A model generated the notes under the pieces. The model was given only the letters and a program-made list of their open reading frames with translations. It was not told where the DNA came from and did no database searches. Position numbers and translations under genes: made by a program. This document shows positions 1 to 9,068 of a DNA stretch of 64,000 nt, one piece after another. The stretch is from NCBI GenBank assembly GCA_020060565.1, contig JAGVAE010000001.1, positions 2,671-66,670 on the forward strand, read 5' to 3'. The stretch's first letter is position 1, and each line of letters opens with the position of its first letter. This DNA comes from Candidatus Woesebacteria bacterium (GTDB lineage Bacteria; Patescibacteriota; Microgenomatia; UBA8517).

Positions 1-754
1 CAAAGAAAAAGGTGAGGAAGTTCCAGTATTGGGTAAGGGAGTAAATGTCTCTGGATTTGTGGTGGATGTAATGGGGGTTGAAGGATTTATTCCAACTTCC
101 CAAATGGGTAAGGATGCATTGGCAGAAGCCCAAAATTTGGTTGGAAAGTACTTCAAAGCCCGTGTAATGGAAGTAGATAAAATGAATAGAAAAGTTGTTC
201 TATCTGAGAAGGAAGTGTCAGAAGCTGGGGATATTAAACTTGCCAAGGAAGCTCTTAAAAAGATCAAAGAAGGAGAAGTTTATGATGGAGTTGTTACAAC
301 CGTTGCACCATTTGGAGCTTTCGTTAAAATCAATGTGGGTAAGGCAAAACTTGAGGGACTTGTACATGTTTCTGAAATTTCATACAAGAAAGTCAATCTT
401 CCAAGTGATGTTTTAACTCAGGGAGACAAAGTGTCTGTAAAAGTTTTGGCAAGCCATGTTGGTAAATTGGCTCTTTCTATGAAACAAGCCCTTAAAGATC
501 CCTGGCTTGAAGTTGAAAATAATTATAAAGCTGAGGATAAAATTACGGGTAAGGTTGTTAGAATTTCTGACTTTGGAGTATTTGTAGAACTGGAACCAGG
601 TGTGGAAGGGTTAATTCACATTACCAAGATTCCTCCTACACACAAACTAGCTTTAGGGTCTGAGGTAAAATGTACAATTGAAGAAGTTAATGCTCATGAC
701 AAAAGAATTGCCTTGGGACTTGTTCTTACCTCTATTCCTCTTGGCTACAAGTAA
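1..754 (+). CDS. rpsA: 30S ribosomal protein S1 (C-terminal S1-domain repeats); 5' end lies outside the window
   Basis: The reading frame is open from the first base; in-frame KEKGEEVPVLGKGVNVSGF precedes the first Met at 29. The product has repeated S1-type OB-fold signatures (G..V.G.V......G.FV.....GL.H.SE), twice in 241 aa. Stop at 752-754. Confidence 0.7.
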   Translation, partial: KEKGEEVPVLGKGVNVSGFVVDVMGVEGFIPTSQMGKDALAEAQNLVGKYFKARVMEVDKMNRKVVLSEKEVSEAGDIKLAKEALKKIKEGEVYDGVVTTVAPFGAFVKINVGKAKLEGLVHVSEISYKKVNLPSDVLTQGDKVSVKVLASHVGKLALSMKQALKDPWLEVENNYKAEDKITGKVVRISDFGVFVELEPGVEGLIHITKIPPTHKLALGSEVKCTIEEVNAHDKRIALGLVLTSIPLGYK

Positions 755-825
755 AAAACTTAGTCTTCGATGTAAGTAAGCTTCGCTTGCGGTGGAAATA
801 AGTTTTGTGATGCTATAATAGCCGT

Positions 826-1164
826 ATGAGATATGTTGATACGATGCTTTCGACTTCAGATATTCAAAAAATTCGTGATGAATTTGGTGACTATGTAAAA
901 CTGACGATAGACATTGTGAATAGAAGGATGGTTGTTGGCCCAATACTTCATGCAGATGGGGAAAAATTGCTTTTGGAAAAAGGAGGAGCCCAAGATGATA
1001 TTTGGGGTGGAGGAATTGATTTGAAAGACAAAATAATTGATACTACCGCGGTTTTGAATCTAAGGCCAAGACTTGGAAATGAAAGCATGGAAATTTTGGA
1101 CCCCCAAAGACGGACAGTATTTATTGAGATTGTTAAAATATTTTTTAAAGCATTATGGCATTAG
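826..1164 (+). CDS. hypothetical protein (112 aa)
   Basis: Intact ORF co-directional with its neighbours; I recognise no motif. Confidence 0.4.
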   Translation: MRYVDTMLSTSDIQKIRDEFGDYVKLTIDIVNRRMVVGPILHADGEKLLLEKGGAQDDIWGGGIDLKDKIIDTTAVLNLRPRLGNESMEILDPQRRTVFIEIVKIFFKALWH

Positions 1165-1361
1165 ATAAATATTCAAAGGAATCGGACAAGATAGCCAATC
1201 TTTATAGAGCCTCTTTTTATTTGGCTAAAGGGTCAGTCGATGTGGCTTTAAATTTTTTGAATAAAACTGGTGAGAAGTTTGATGGAATTGATCTTAAGGG
1301 GAAAGATAATCAACTCTACTGGGCAGAAAAGATATTGGATAGATATTTGATATTAAAATAA
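1155..1361 (+). CDS. hypothetical small protein (68 aa)
   Basis: ORF overlaps the previous stop and the radA start (TAATG), an operon-like arrangement; I recognise no motif. Confidence 0.35.
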   Translation: MALDKYSKESDKIANLYRASFYLAKGSVDVALNFLNKTGEKFDGIDLKGKDNQLYWAEKILDRYLILK

Positions 1362-2668
1362 TGGCTTTTCATTCTAAATACGTATGTCAACAGTGCGGGT
1401 ATGAATCAACTGGCTGGATGGGGAAGTGTCCTGAATGTGGAACATGGAATAGTCTTGTTGAGACTGTAGTTTCGACAAATTCTAAATCCCAAACCCGAAA
1501 TTCTAAACAAGCTTCAAATACAAAATCACAAATTCAAAAACTAAGCGAAATCAAATCATCTGCTACGGCGCGTATTTCTACCAAGATTTCAGAACTTGAC
1601 AGAGTTTTAGGGGGAGGTTTGGTGGGAGGCCAAGTTGTTCTTATAGCAGGAGAGCCAGGAATTGGCAAATCTACACTTCTTTTACAGTTATCCAACAATT
1701 TGGGGAATGTTCTTTATGTTTGTGGAGAAGAATCAGTAGGCCAAATTAAAGTTAGGGCAGATAGGCTTAATGTCAAAAAAGCAGATATTAATCTTCTTGA
1801 AAGCACTGATGTAGATTCTGTAGTTGAAGCAATTGATGCTCCGACTGCAATTATCGTTGATTCAATTCAAACAATGACAACGGGAGATTTGTCAGGCATG
1901 GCAGGGTCAGTTGGACAGGTTAGAGAGTGTGCATTTAGGCTTCTTAAGGCCGCAAAAGAAAAAAATATTCCTCTGTTTTTGGTTGGACATGTTACCAAAG
2001 AAGGAACCGTAGCGGGACCTGCGGTTCTTGCCCACATAGTTGATACTGTATTGTGGTTTGAAGGGGACAAAACACTCACTACACGCGTTTTAAGGGCTGT
2101 TAAGAATAGATTTGGTCCAACTGATGAGGTTGGTGTGTTTGAGATGCAGGACCGCGGTTTAATGCCTATCGCAGACCTTGAAAAAGCATTCCTGGAGAAA
2201 GGAATTAAAAATGTTTCTGGGAGTGTGGTTACTTCAGTTATGCAGGGAACAAGGCCACTTTTGGTAGAAATTCAAGCTCTGGTTGTGCCCACAAAATTGG
2301 CCATTCCTAGGCGTGTTGCGCAAGGAATTGACTCAAGACGCTTGGAACTTTTACTTGCAGTTCTTACCCGAAGATGTGGGCTTCCTCTTTATGATAATGA
2401 TGTTTTTGTTAATATCGCGGGGGGTTTGAAGGTGACAGAACCTGCAAGTGATTTGGCAATAGTCCTAGCAGTTGCATCTTCTTTTTATGACAAAGCGATT
2501 TCGAGTAAAACAATTGCAATTGGAGAAGTTGGTCTTTTGGGGGAGATACGTGAGGTGGTGGCACAAGAAAAAAGGTTTAAAGAAGCAAAGCGTATGGGGT
2601 TTACAGTTCCTATTGGGTCAAAGGAAGTTAAATTTGTGAGTCAAGCCATTAAACAACTCTTCAAATAA
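1361..2668 (+). CDS. radA: DNA repair protein RadA/Sms
   Basis: N-terminal C4 zinc ribbon (CQQCGYESTGWMGKCPECGTWNS), Walker A GEPGIGKST, a RecA-like core and a Lon-like C-terminal domain; 435 aa fits RadA. Confidence 0.9.
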   Translation: MAFHSKYVCQQCGYESTGWMGKCPECGTWNSLVETVVSTNSKSQTRNSKQASNTKSQIQKLSEIKSSATARISTKISELDRVLGGGLVGGQVVLIAGEPGIGKSTLLLQLSNNLGNVLYVCGEESVGQIKVRADRLNVKKADINLLESTDVDSVVEAIDAPTAIIVDSIQTMTTGDLSGMAGSVGQVRECAFRLLKAAKEKNIPLFLVGHVTKEGTVAGPAVLAHIVDTVLWFEGDKTLTTRVLRAVKNRFGPTDEVGVFEMQDRGLMPIADLEKAFLEKGIKNVSGSVVTSVMQGTRPLLVEIQALVVPTKLAIPRRVAQGIDSRRLELLLAVLTRRCGLPLYDNDVFVNIAGGLKVTEPASDLAIVLAVASSFYDKAISSKTIAIGEVGLLGEIREVVAQEKRFKEAKRMGFTVPIGSKEVKFVSQAIKQLFK

Positions 2669-2852
2669 GCCTCATATTTAGTTTATTGATAATAAATTAA
2701 GTTATTAACGAGTTACACCAGCAGGTGAAGTTGTTATATACAACTTATCCACATAATATTATGGGTAAATTGAATTGCCGAAAATACGACCCTTTTAAGT
2801 ACATATATGACTATAGGGATATCAAAAACTGAGTACAAATATGTTATGGGGT

Positions 2853-2881
2853 TTGACAAATTGTATTTACAGTGCTAACAT
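2853..2881 (+). promoter_or_regulatory. sigma70-like promoter (TTGACA-N17-TAACAT)
   Basis: TTGACA at 2853-2858, a 17-nt spacer, TAACAT at 2876-2881. It lies in the 736-bp non-coding gap downstream of radA and upstream of the hairpin-rich segment. Confidence 0.4.
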
Positions 2882-2899
2882 TTTTCTGTACCTTGACTT

Positions 2900-3215
2900 T
2901 AGGTGCCTTTAAGGCACAAAAAAGAGCATCGCCATCGTTGGGTTCTCCTCGAAGTTGACTCGCGGAACTCGCCACGAATAGAGATGCTCTTTAAAAATTT
3001 GATCTAAGTATAAATTAGTATACTTAGTTCACTCGATTTGTCTTGCGGACAGGACAAAACTTGCAATTTTTACTATCAAGACAAATCGTAATTAGACTAA
3101 ATCTCTTAGAGAGGGTTGTCAAGCCCCTTTAAGTGAAGTTTTGAAATATGCACTTTGATTGTTGGTTTAAGGGACGGGTGGAATTTAGGGCAGGAATTCT
3201 ACCCGCTCCTTAATT
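2900..3215 (+). ncRNA. candidate structured RNA or long structured 5' leader (unclassified)
   Basis: A series of perfect stems in a non-coding stretch. GTGCC/GGCAC hairpin at 2902-2917. A 10-bp long-range stem AAAGAGCATC (2921-2930) / GATGCTCTTT (2983-2992). A 9-bp hairpin CTAAGTATA..TATACTTAG (3005-3028). A 12-bp stem CGATTTGTCTTG (3034-3045) / CAAGACAAATCG (3077-3088). A GGGTGGAATT..GAATTCTACCC hairpin at about 3172-3208. No family assigned. Confidence 0.3.
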
Positions 3216-3404
3216 TAATAATTGGGTGCATATTTTTTTGGAAATCGGACTGAAACCCCGCATAATGCGAAGCATATATGCTGGGGCGCTCCTAAGGAAA
3301 GCAAGTACTCACGCGTTTTTTTATGTCTTGTTCCTCTACCCATAGTTTGACTTTTTGGATTTTTCGTCGTATACTTCAGCCTTAAGAAATTTAGATATAA
3401 AAAT

Positions 3405-4748
3405 ATGAGGAAAGAATTAAAAATTGCAGGTGCGGTAGGACTAATGGGTATTTGTGGCGCAACGAGTGTTTTGGCAGAAAATGTGGCAGAACGTTTTGGA
3501 TATCTCTTTAAGGATAATTCTTCAAATACAAATCCTACTTTAGAACCAGAACCAACTTCTACACCAACTCCATCAGAGACTCCCAATCCAAGTTCGACAC
3601 CAACTCCCACCTTGGAACTAACACCAACCAATATACCCACATCCACCTCAACTCCTGAATCTCATGAGGGAATTGTAGTTGAGAATGTTTTACGAAACGG
3701 GGAAGGGATAAAAAGTGATTTTCCTGCTTTCATAAACAAACTGGGAAATGAAAGTACGGGTGTAACTTTGGTGGGGATTGATAGATTCAAGGATTATTTT
3801 CTTCAGAGATTATTGAAAAAAGAGGCTGGAGATGGGTTAATCCAACGTCTTGACAGAATGTTTGGTCAGCTTAGCCTTCCTGTTGATGATCTAAAAGACC
3901 GTGATCTTAATTTTGATTGGAGAAATGAAGGACAGGGACTTGGTTTTGGACTTAACGATTTAGACAATTTAAAGACACTTGAAGAAGTGGTGGATAAAAA
4001 TGAAAGTATTTCAAGAAGAGGAGAAGATTATAGGTATCGTGCTTGGATAATGACAGATGCTAGAGGGTTTGATAGTGCAGTTTTGGCTATGGTTGATGAA
4101 AAATTAAGAATTGATAATCCCGATTACTCTCCCATGGACCCTTCTGTACAAGCAACAAGAAGGGCTCTTTTTGAAAGCGTTGTTTATGGTGATTGGGGAG
4201 TGCAGGCGGAAGATGATGGAGATGAGCGCTGGGAAACAGTTAATGACAAATTTGAAGTTTGTGAGACACATACAGTTATTGCTCGTGTTAGGAGTGAACA
4301 ATCGGAGGCACTTAGAAATGTGCTTTTTGATCCCGATCAAGAAATAAGCGGCAATAATGCTGAAGAGGAAACCATCAAAAGGCGCGATTCAGACAACTCA
4401 GTATTAGTTGCAATGGTTTATGATCCAGTGAATAAATTTTTTAGAGTTGAAGCTTATGATTTAAGCAATCCTCCCGACCCCTTAAATCCCAATCTTGATC
4501 CAGTTTTTCCTGAAGGAAACCCCGTGAGTTCTTTGGGTGGAAGATGGTTGCCCTGTGGACTTTTTGTTCCAACACAAACACACGCCCCCAACATTCCTGA
4601 AAATATACCCACACCTCCAGTTGAATATCCAACGCCAGTTCCAACTAATGTGCATAGAGTAGAAGAACATCCTGAAGAGAGTGATCAACCAGATAGACCA
4701 GTTCAACCTGACAATGAACAGGGTGATGTTTCAACACAAATTCCATGA
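3405..4748 (+). CDS. secreted hypothetical protein with Pro/Thr-rich linker
   Basis: N-terminal signal peptide (MRKELKIAGAVGLMGICGATSVLA|EN), a PT-rich low-complexity linker, then an acidic globular region. The stop overlaps the next start (ATGA). No LPxTG motif. Confidence 0.6.
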   Translation: MRKELKIAGAVGLMGICGATSVLAENVAERFGYLFKDNSSNTNPTLEPEPTSTPTPSETPNPSSTPTPTLELTPTNIPTSTSTPESHEGIVVENVLRNGEGIKSDFPAFINKLGNESTGVTLVGIDRFKDYFLQRLLKKEAGDGLIQRLDRMFGQLSLPVDDLKDRDLNFDWRNEGQGLGFGLNDLDNLKTLEEVVDKNESISRRGEDYRYRAWIMTDARGFDSAVLAMVDEKLRIDNPDYSPMDPSVQATRRALFESVVYGDWGVQAEDDGDERWETVNDKFEVCETHTVIARVRSEQSEALRNVLFDPDQEISGNNAEEETIKRRDSDNSVLVAMVYDPVNKFFRVEAYDLSNPPDPLNPNLDPVFPEGNPVSSLGGRWLPCGLFVPTQTHAPNIPENIPTPPVEYPTPVPTNVHRVEEHPEESDQPDRPVQPDNEQGDVSTQIP

Positions 4749-6016
4749 AGAAATTACTAACTAAAAACATAATCTCACTTATCATTGCACTTGTAATCGT
4801 ATTTATTGGTGCGGGAGTATATTATTTTACAAGTATTAAGGCTTCGGGGGCTGATTTTGCAGGGGGAAATATAGTTGATGCTAAAAATGTAACCGACGGT
4901 AATCCTTCATATATTGATCCTATTAGTGCTAAAGATGGAGATACTATAAGAATTAGGCTCCGTGTAATTAATCTTGGAACTGAACCTGCTACAAATACCA
5001 TTGCTAAATATGATTTAGGAAATGCGGCAAGCCCCAAAGCCAGTGTAGCTGCAGATGGTGCTTCTGAAAAAAGTGATTTTGTAAATATAAATCCAACAGG
5101 GGCTTCACTTAGTTTTATAGGTGGATCTGGCAAAAAGTATGGTCCAGTATGTCCTAGTGGATGTGCGATTGATGACACCATTGTTAGCTCTGGAGTGAAC
5201 TTGGGTACTGTTGAGGTTGGGGATAGTAACAGCTACCAACTTAGTATTGAGGCAAAAGTAGTTGGAACACCATCAGGGGGAGAAACTAAAGCTATATTTC
5301 GAAGTGGAAACATATTTGATGGGGGGGTGACTGGAGTGACTTGGGCAGATCCTGTAACAGCAAATCCTGGACAGGTTGTTGAATTCAGAGTAACTGTCGT
5401 AAATGAAGGAACAGTCGACGCAAAAAACACAATTGTTAAGGTAATGTTTCCAGGAAGTGCGGCAAATCCAATAGTTCCCACAATTTTTGTTAATGCAGAG
5501 GGAGTAGAGAAAGTTTCTGATACTTTTACAATCAATATTGCAGGAGGATCTAGCCAAAAACTAAATTATTGGGAAGGTCATGCAATCAAGTGGGGACCAG
5601 GTTGTACCAATGGTTGTTCACTTCCTGATAATGTTTATGTTGAGGGAGTTAATATTGGAACAGTTGCCCCTGGAGCTAACAATAGCTATCAAGTTGTTTT
5701 TAAAGCCTATGTAACGGGACAATCACCCACACCAACTGCGACTCCTACATCAACACCCACGGCTACACCAACTGCAACACCTACAGCTACACCAACCACG
5801 CCAACTCCTACTCCAACCGCAACACCTACGGCTACACCGACGTCAACACCAACCACGCCAACTCCCACTCCCACCCCAACAGCTCCTCCAGTTTTAGGGG
5901 CAACAACTCCTCCAGTATTACCAAAGACTGGATCAAATGATGTGTTTATCCTATTCGGGCTGGTTAGTACAATGGGGTTAGGCTTTTATATCTTCAAAAA
6001 GTTCAAATTAATTTAA
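4745..6016 (+). CDS. LPxTG cell-wall-anchored surface protein with DUF11-like repeat domains
   Basis: N-terminal TM/signal. Two similar ~130-aa modules, each ending in a CxxGC-type motif (GPVCPSGCAIDD / GPGCTNGCSLPD). A TPTATP linker. C-terminal LPKTG followed by a hydrophobic segment and a basic tail (KKFKLI), the canonical sortase sorting signal. Confidence 0.75.
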   Translation: MKKLLTKNIISLIIALVIVFIGAGVYYFTSIKASGADFAGGNIVDAKNVTDGNPSYIDPISAKDGDTIRIRLRVINLGTEPATNTIAKYDLGNAASPKASVAADGASEKSDFVNINPTGASLSFIGGSGKKYGPVCPSGCAIDDTIVSSGVNLGTVEVGDSNSYQLSIEAKVVGTPSGGETKAIFRSGNIFDGGVTGVTWADPVTANPGQVVEFRVTVVNEGTVDAKNTIVKVMFPGSAANPIVPTIFVNAEGVEKVSDTFTINIAGGSSQKLNYWEGHAIKWGPGCTNGCSLPDNVYVEGVNIGTVAPGANNSYQVVFKAYVTGQSPTPTATPTSTPTATPTATPTATPTTPTPTPTATPTATPTSTPTTPTPTPTPTAPPVLGATTPPVLPKTGSNDVFILFGLVSTMGLGFYIFKKFKLI

Positions 6017-6020
6017 AGTT

Positions 6021-6719
6021 ATGTATCCTGACGGAGTAATTTACGCATCAAGTAAATCATCAGTCTCAGGGGAAGTTAAACTAAGACCATCTTTTTTCAA
6101 AAAACTTCTCTATCATCTATTGCGTGGATTGGGAGCGGGACTTGTTGCCTTTGCCTTTATTGGAATTATTTTTAGCTTTTGGCCAATTGTTAGAAGTGAA
6201 TATCTATATAAGTTTGGGGACAAAGAAAAAATTCAGATTGATAAATTTGCTCAAATCATTGGTAGATCCCAGGCTAAGGAACTTGGACTTGATCCTTATT
6301 TTTCGATTTATATTCCCAAGATTGATGCCAAGTCGAAAGTTTTATCAAATGTTGATGCAGGAAGGGCTACAAGCTATCTAGCAGCCCTTGCTGACGGTGT
6401 AGCACATGCTAAGGGTACTAATTTTCCAGGGCAGGGAAAGACTGTTTATCTTTTTTCCCATTCAACTGATTCTCCAGTAAACGTAGCTAAATACAATGCA
6501 GTTTTTTATCTTTTAAGAAAGCTGGAAAAGGGGGATAGGATAGTTGTTTATTTCCTGGATCAGGAGCATGATTATGTGGTTACTGATAAATTTACCACTA
6601 AGGCTAACGACACTTCCTGGCTGAAAGATGATGGAAGTGGGGAGCGCTTAGTACTTCAAACCTGTGACCCACCAGGAACTTCCTGGAACAGACTTATTGT
6701 AGTAGCCAGGCCAATCTAA
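6021..6719 (+). CDS. sortase (transpeptidase)
   Basis: N-terminal TM helix. Conserved His in LFSHSTDSP, the active-site TLxTC motif as LVLQTCDPPG, and a downstream Arg (VVARP). It sits immediately after the LPKTG substrate gene. Confidence 0.8.
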   Translation: MYPDGVIYASSKSSVSGEVKLRPSFFKKLLYHLLRGLGAGLVAFAFIGIIFSFWPIVRSEYLYKFGDKEKIQIDKFAQIIGRSQAKELGLDPYFSIYIPKIDAKSKVLSNVDAGRATSYLAALADGVAHAKGTNFPGQGKTVYLFSHSTDSPVNVAKYNAVFYLLRKLEKGDRIVVYFLDQEHDYVVTDKFTTKANDTSWLKDDGSGERLVLQTCDPPGTSWNRLIVVARPI

Positions 6720-6741
6720 CCTCATATTCTGCCTATAGTAC

Positions 6742-6770
6742 TTGACTTCTTCTTCTTCTTCTTATAGAAT
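6742..6770 (+). promoter_or_regulatory. candidate promoter TTGACT-N17-TAGAAT whose spacer is a (TTC)5 trinucleotide repeat
   Basis: TTGACT at 6742-6747, the spacer tcttcttcttcttctta, TAGAAT at 6765-6770. The first ATG downstream is at 6778. The ORF-track start at 6742 is a TTG that would translate the repeat as MTSSSSS. Confidence 0.35.
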
Positions 6771-6777
6771 TCCTTCT

Positions 6778-7662
6778 ATGAGTGAAATTAGATTACCAGT
6801 TGAGAGATTTTCTCCACAAATTAAAGAGGTTAAACCTGTCGAGCCAGTGTATATAATCGGAGATGTATCATATTATGATCGTCTCCCTTCAGAACCAACA
6901 GAAAGATCAAGACATACTCTACTTCCAATGTCTTTAGTTGGTGATTGGGTTCGTGATTTCGTAGATGATTGGAACTCAAAGAATGATAAAAAGAAAAATA
7001 TCGGTTGGAAAGTGGACATGGAGGATGAAGCGTTAATAAATCCAAATTTTGGATCAGCACAACATTACGCAGAGGTCAACTACGACGCTGAAGGTAATTT
7101 AACCAATTTTATTAGTGATGGAATTTTGTGGGAAAATGGAAAACTTGATACTCGAACTGGCATAGCCACTCCTGGATCGGTTGTTGCCCCAATAGAAAAA
7201 AGAGAAGATGGTTATTATGTTCACTGTTTTTGGCAATGGAGACCTGCTCCAATGGATTCTGAGATTAAAGTTCCAGCAGAACTTACAGACCCCAAAGACA
7301 TTGAAGAATTTAAAGCCCTTAATACTGGTGAATGGTTTTTAACAACTCCAGGTGGGTTTGCTAGTTTTGTAGGGGATAAAGCCGAAGATGTTGCTAAAAG
7401 GGAAGCTTTGGAAGAGGCTGGTTTAAGAGTTGAAAAACCTGTTTTCGATAAAAAATCTTTTAATAGGGCAAATATTAGAACAAAAATAAATGTTGGATTT
7501 TCCACCTTTGAAAGAATAGGCGATGAAATGGATGATGAAGGGGAAAAACTTTTTGGAAAAATGGCAGTTAGAATTGATAAATTTAGAACTACTGACGACA
7601 TGGTTTCAGCGGCTGTCAATTTTGCCCGTGAGGAACTAGATTTGATTAGCTCTGGAAATTAG
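6778..7662 (+). CDS. NUDIX-domain protein with N-terminal extension
   Basis: Nudix box GGFASFVGDKAEDVAKREALEEAGL (Gx5Ex7REUxEExGU pattern). The start is set at the first ATG, MSEIRL; the ORF track extends upstream to a TTG at 6742. Confidence 0.55.
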   Translation: MSEIRLPVERFSPQIKEVKPVEPVYIIGDVSYYDRLPSEPTERSRHTLLPMSLVGDWVRDFVDDWNSKNDKKKNIGWKVDMEDEALINPNFGSAQHYAEVNYDAEGNLTNFISDGILWENGKLDTRTGIATPGSVVAPIEKREDGYYVHCFWQWRPAPMDSEIKVPAELTDPKDIEEFKALNTGEWFLTTPGGFASFVGDKAEDVAKREALEEAGLRVEKPVFDKKSFNRANIRTKINVGFSTFERIGDEMDDEGEKLFGKMAVRIDKFRTTDDMVSAAVNFAREELDLISSGN

Positions 7663-7673
7663 ATTCTCGCTTC

Positions 7674-7701
7674 TTGACACAACCCCAAAATAGGTTATAC
7701 T
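7674..7701 (+). promoter_or_regulatory. sigma70-like promoter upstream of rho (TTGACA-N16-TATACT)
   Basis: TTGACA at 7674-7679 and TATACT at 7696-7701, about 50 nt upstream of the rho ATG. Confidence 0.4.
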
Positions 7702-7753
7702 TGAGCTAGAAGTTAGAGATTAGTGGTTAGAAGTTAATTCTCCCGTAAAATTC

Positions 7754-9025
7754 ATGTCAGATACAAAAGTGACTACAACTGATTTAATTGGTGCCCCAGA
7801 AGACGCTGGTGCGTTGCCAGAAGCTCCTGTGGCAATTGAACCCGTGGTTTCCAATCCTTTAGTGGTTGATGACCGCATGATTCCTGATGCAGGGCTTCCT
7901 ACTGAATATGTGGAAGGAATACTTGATATTGCTAATGAAGGAAGTGGGCTTCTTCGTCCCCAAAGATTTGCCCCAAGTGACCATGACATCTATATTTCCT
8001 CATCTCAGATTAGGAGATTTAATCTTAGGGTTGGGGATATGATTGGGGGACAAGCAAGGCGTCCTAAGGAGAATGAGAGATACTGGGGGCTTTTAAAGGT
8101 TGAAAAAATCAACGCTACCGATGTTGATAAGGTTGGGGAGCGTCCTAACTTTGATGATATGACAGTTATTTATCCTGAGGAACAAATAATTCTATCGACC
8201 GACAAAGATACATTAACTACTAGAATGATAGACTTAGTGGCACCTGTAGGGTTTGGACAGAGAGCTTTGATTGTTTCCCCCCCTAAAGCAGGTAAAACTT
8301 GGCTTGTAAAAGATATCATAAAAGGCATTGCTCTAAATTATAAAAAGGCACATTTAATGGCCGTTCTTATTGGGGAGAGACCTGAGGAAGTGACTGATAT
8401 TATACGTACCATGAAGACGGTGACTGAAGATAAAGGAGAAGTGGCGGCCAGTAATTTTGATGAAGCACCACAAGACCAAACAAGAGTGGGGGAATTGGCT
8501 CTAGAGCGCGCCAGACGCTTGGTTGAGATGGGGCATGATGTTGTTATAGTTTTAGACTCCATAACTCGTATGGCAAGAGCATATAATTTAGCTCTTCCCA
8601 CATCAGGTCGCACTCTCTCAGGAGGATTTGATCCAATGGCACTATTTCCCGCCAAAAAATTCTTTGGAGCAGCAAGAAAAATTGAAGGCAAAGGTTCATT
8701 AACTATTATTGGAACTTGTTTGGTTGATACGGGATCTCGAATGGATGATCTTATCTATGAGGAATTTAAGGGAACTGGGAACATGGAGCTTCATTTAACA
8801 AGAAAACTAGCTGAGCGTAGGGTTTATCCTGCAATTGATGTTGCCAAATCAGGAACCCGCCAGGATGAGCTTTTGTTTGGAATGGAAAAATTAAAGAAAG
8901 TTAATACCCTAAGACGTATGATTGATTTAATGAATGAAGATGAAAGAACTGAGACATTAATTAGTAGGCTTGAAAAGTCTGAAAATAATGATGAGTTCTT
9001 GGATTCCCTCAAAACTGCCCAGTAG
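7754..9025 (+). CDS. rho: transcription termination factor Rho
   Basis: RNA-binding OB domain (RFNLRVGDMIGGQARRP), Walker A SPPKAGKT, a RecA-like ATPase core and a C-terminal RLEKS motif; 423 aa. Confidence 0.9.
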   Translation: MSDTKVTTTDLIGAPEDAGALPEAPVAIEPVVSNPLVVDDRMIPDAGLPTEYVEGILDIANEGSGLLRPQRFAPSDHDIYISSSQIRRFNLRVGDMIGGQARRPKENERYWGLLKVEKINATDVDKVGERPNFDDMTVIYPEEQIILSTDKDTLTTRMIDLVAPVGFGQRALIVSPPKAGKTWLVKDIIKGIALNYKKAHLMAVLIGERPEEVTDIIRTMKTVTEDKGEVAASNFDEAPQDQTRVGELALERARRLVEMGHDVVIVLDSITRMARAYNLALPTSGRTLSGGFDPMALFPAKKFFGAARKIEGKGSLTIIGTCLVDTGSRMDDLIYEEFKGTGNMELHLTRKLAERRVYPAIDVAKSGTRQDELLFGMEKLKKVNTLRRMIDLMNEDERTETLISRLEKSENNDEFLDSLKTAQ

Positions 9026-9068
9026 CCTCGACTTGACAAAATAACAACGTTTTTGTAAACTGAAGGTA

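Noticed and set aside
2669-3404. RNase P RNA, tmRNA or SRP RNA in the long radA-downstream gap
   Set aside because: I could not find the conserved P4 (AGGAAAGUCC.. / ..ACAGAA..), the tmRNA ends (GGGG.. / ..tRNA-like T-arm + ACCA with an ANDENYALAA-type tag ORF), or the SRP domain IV (GGAAG..AGCAG) motifs. The region is kept only as an unclassified structured-RNA candidate.
3215-3646. Minus-strand 143-aa ORF overlapping the start of the secreted-protein gene
   Set aside because: Low-complexity translation (GVGVELGLGVSDGVGVEVG), antisense to the PT-rich linker of a well-supported gene; likely spurious.
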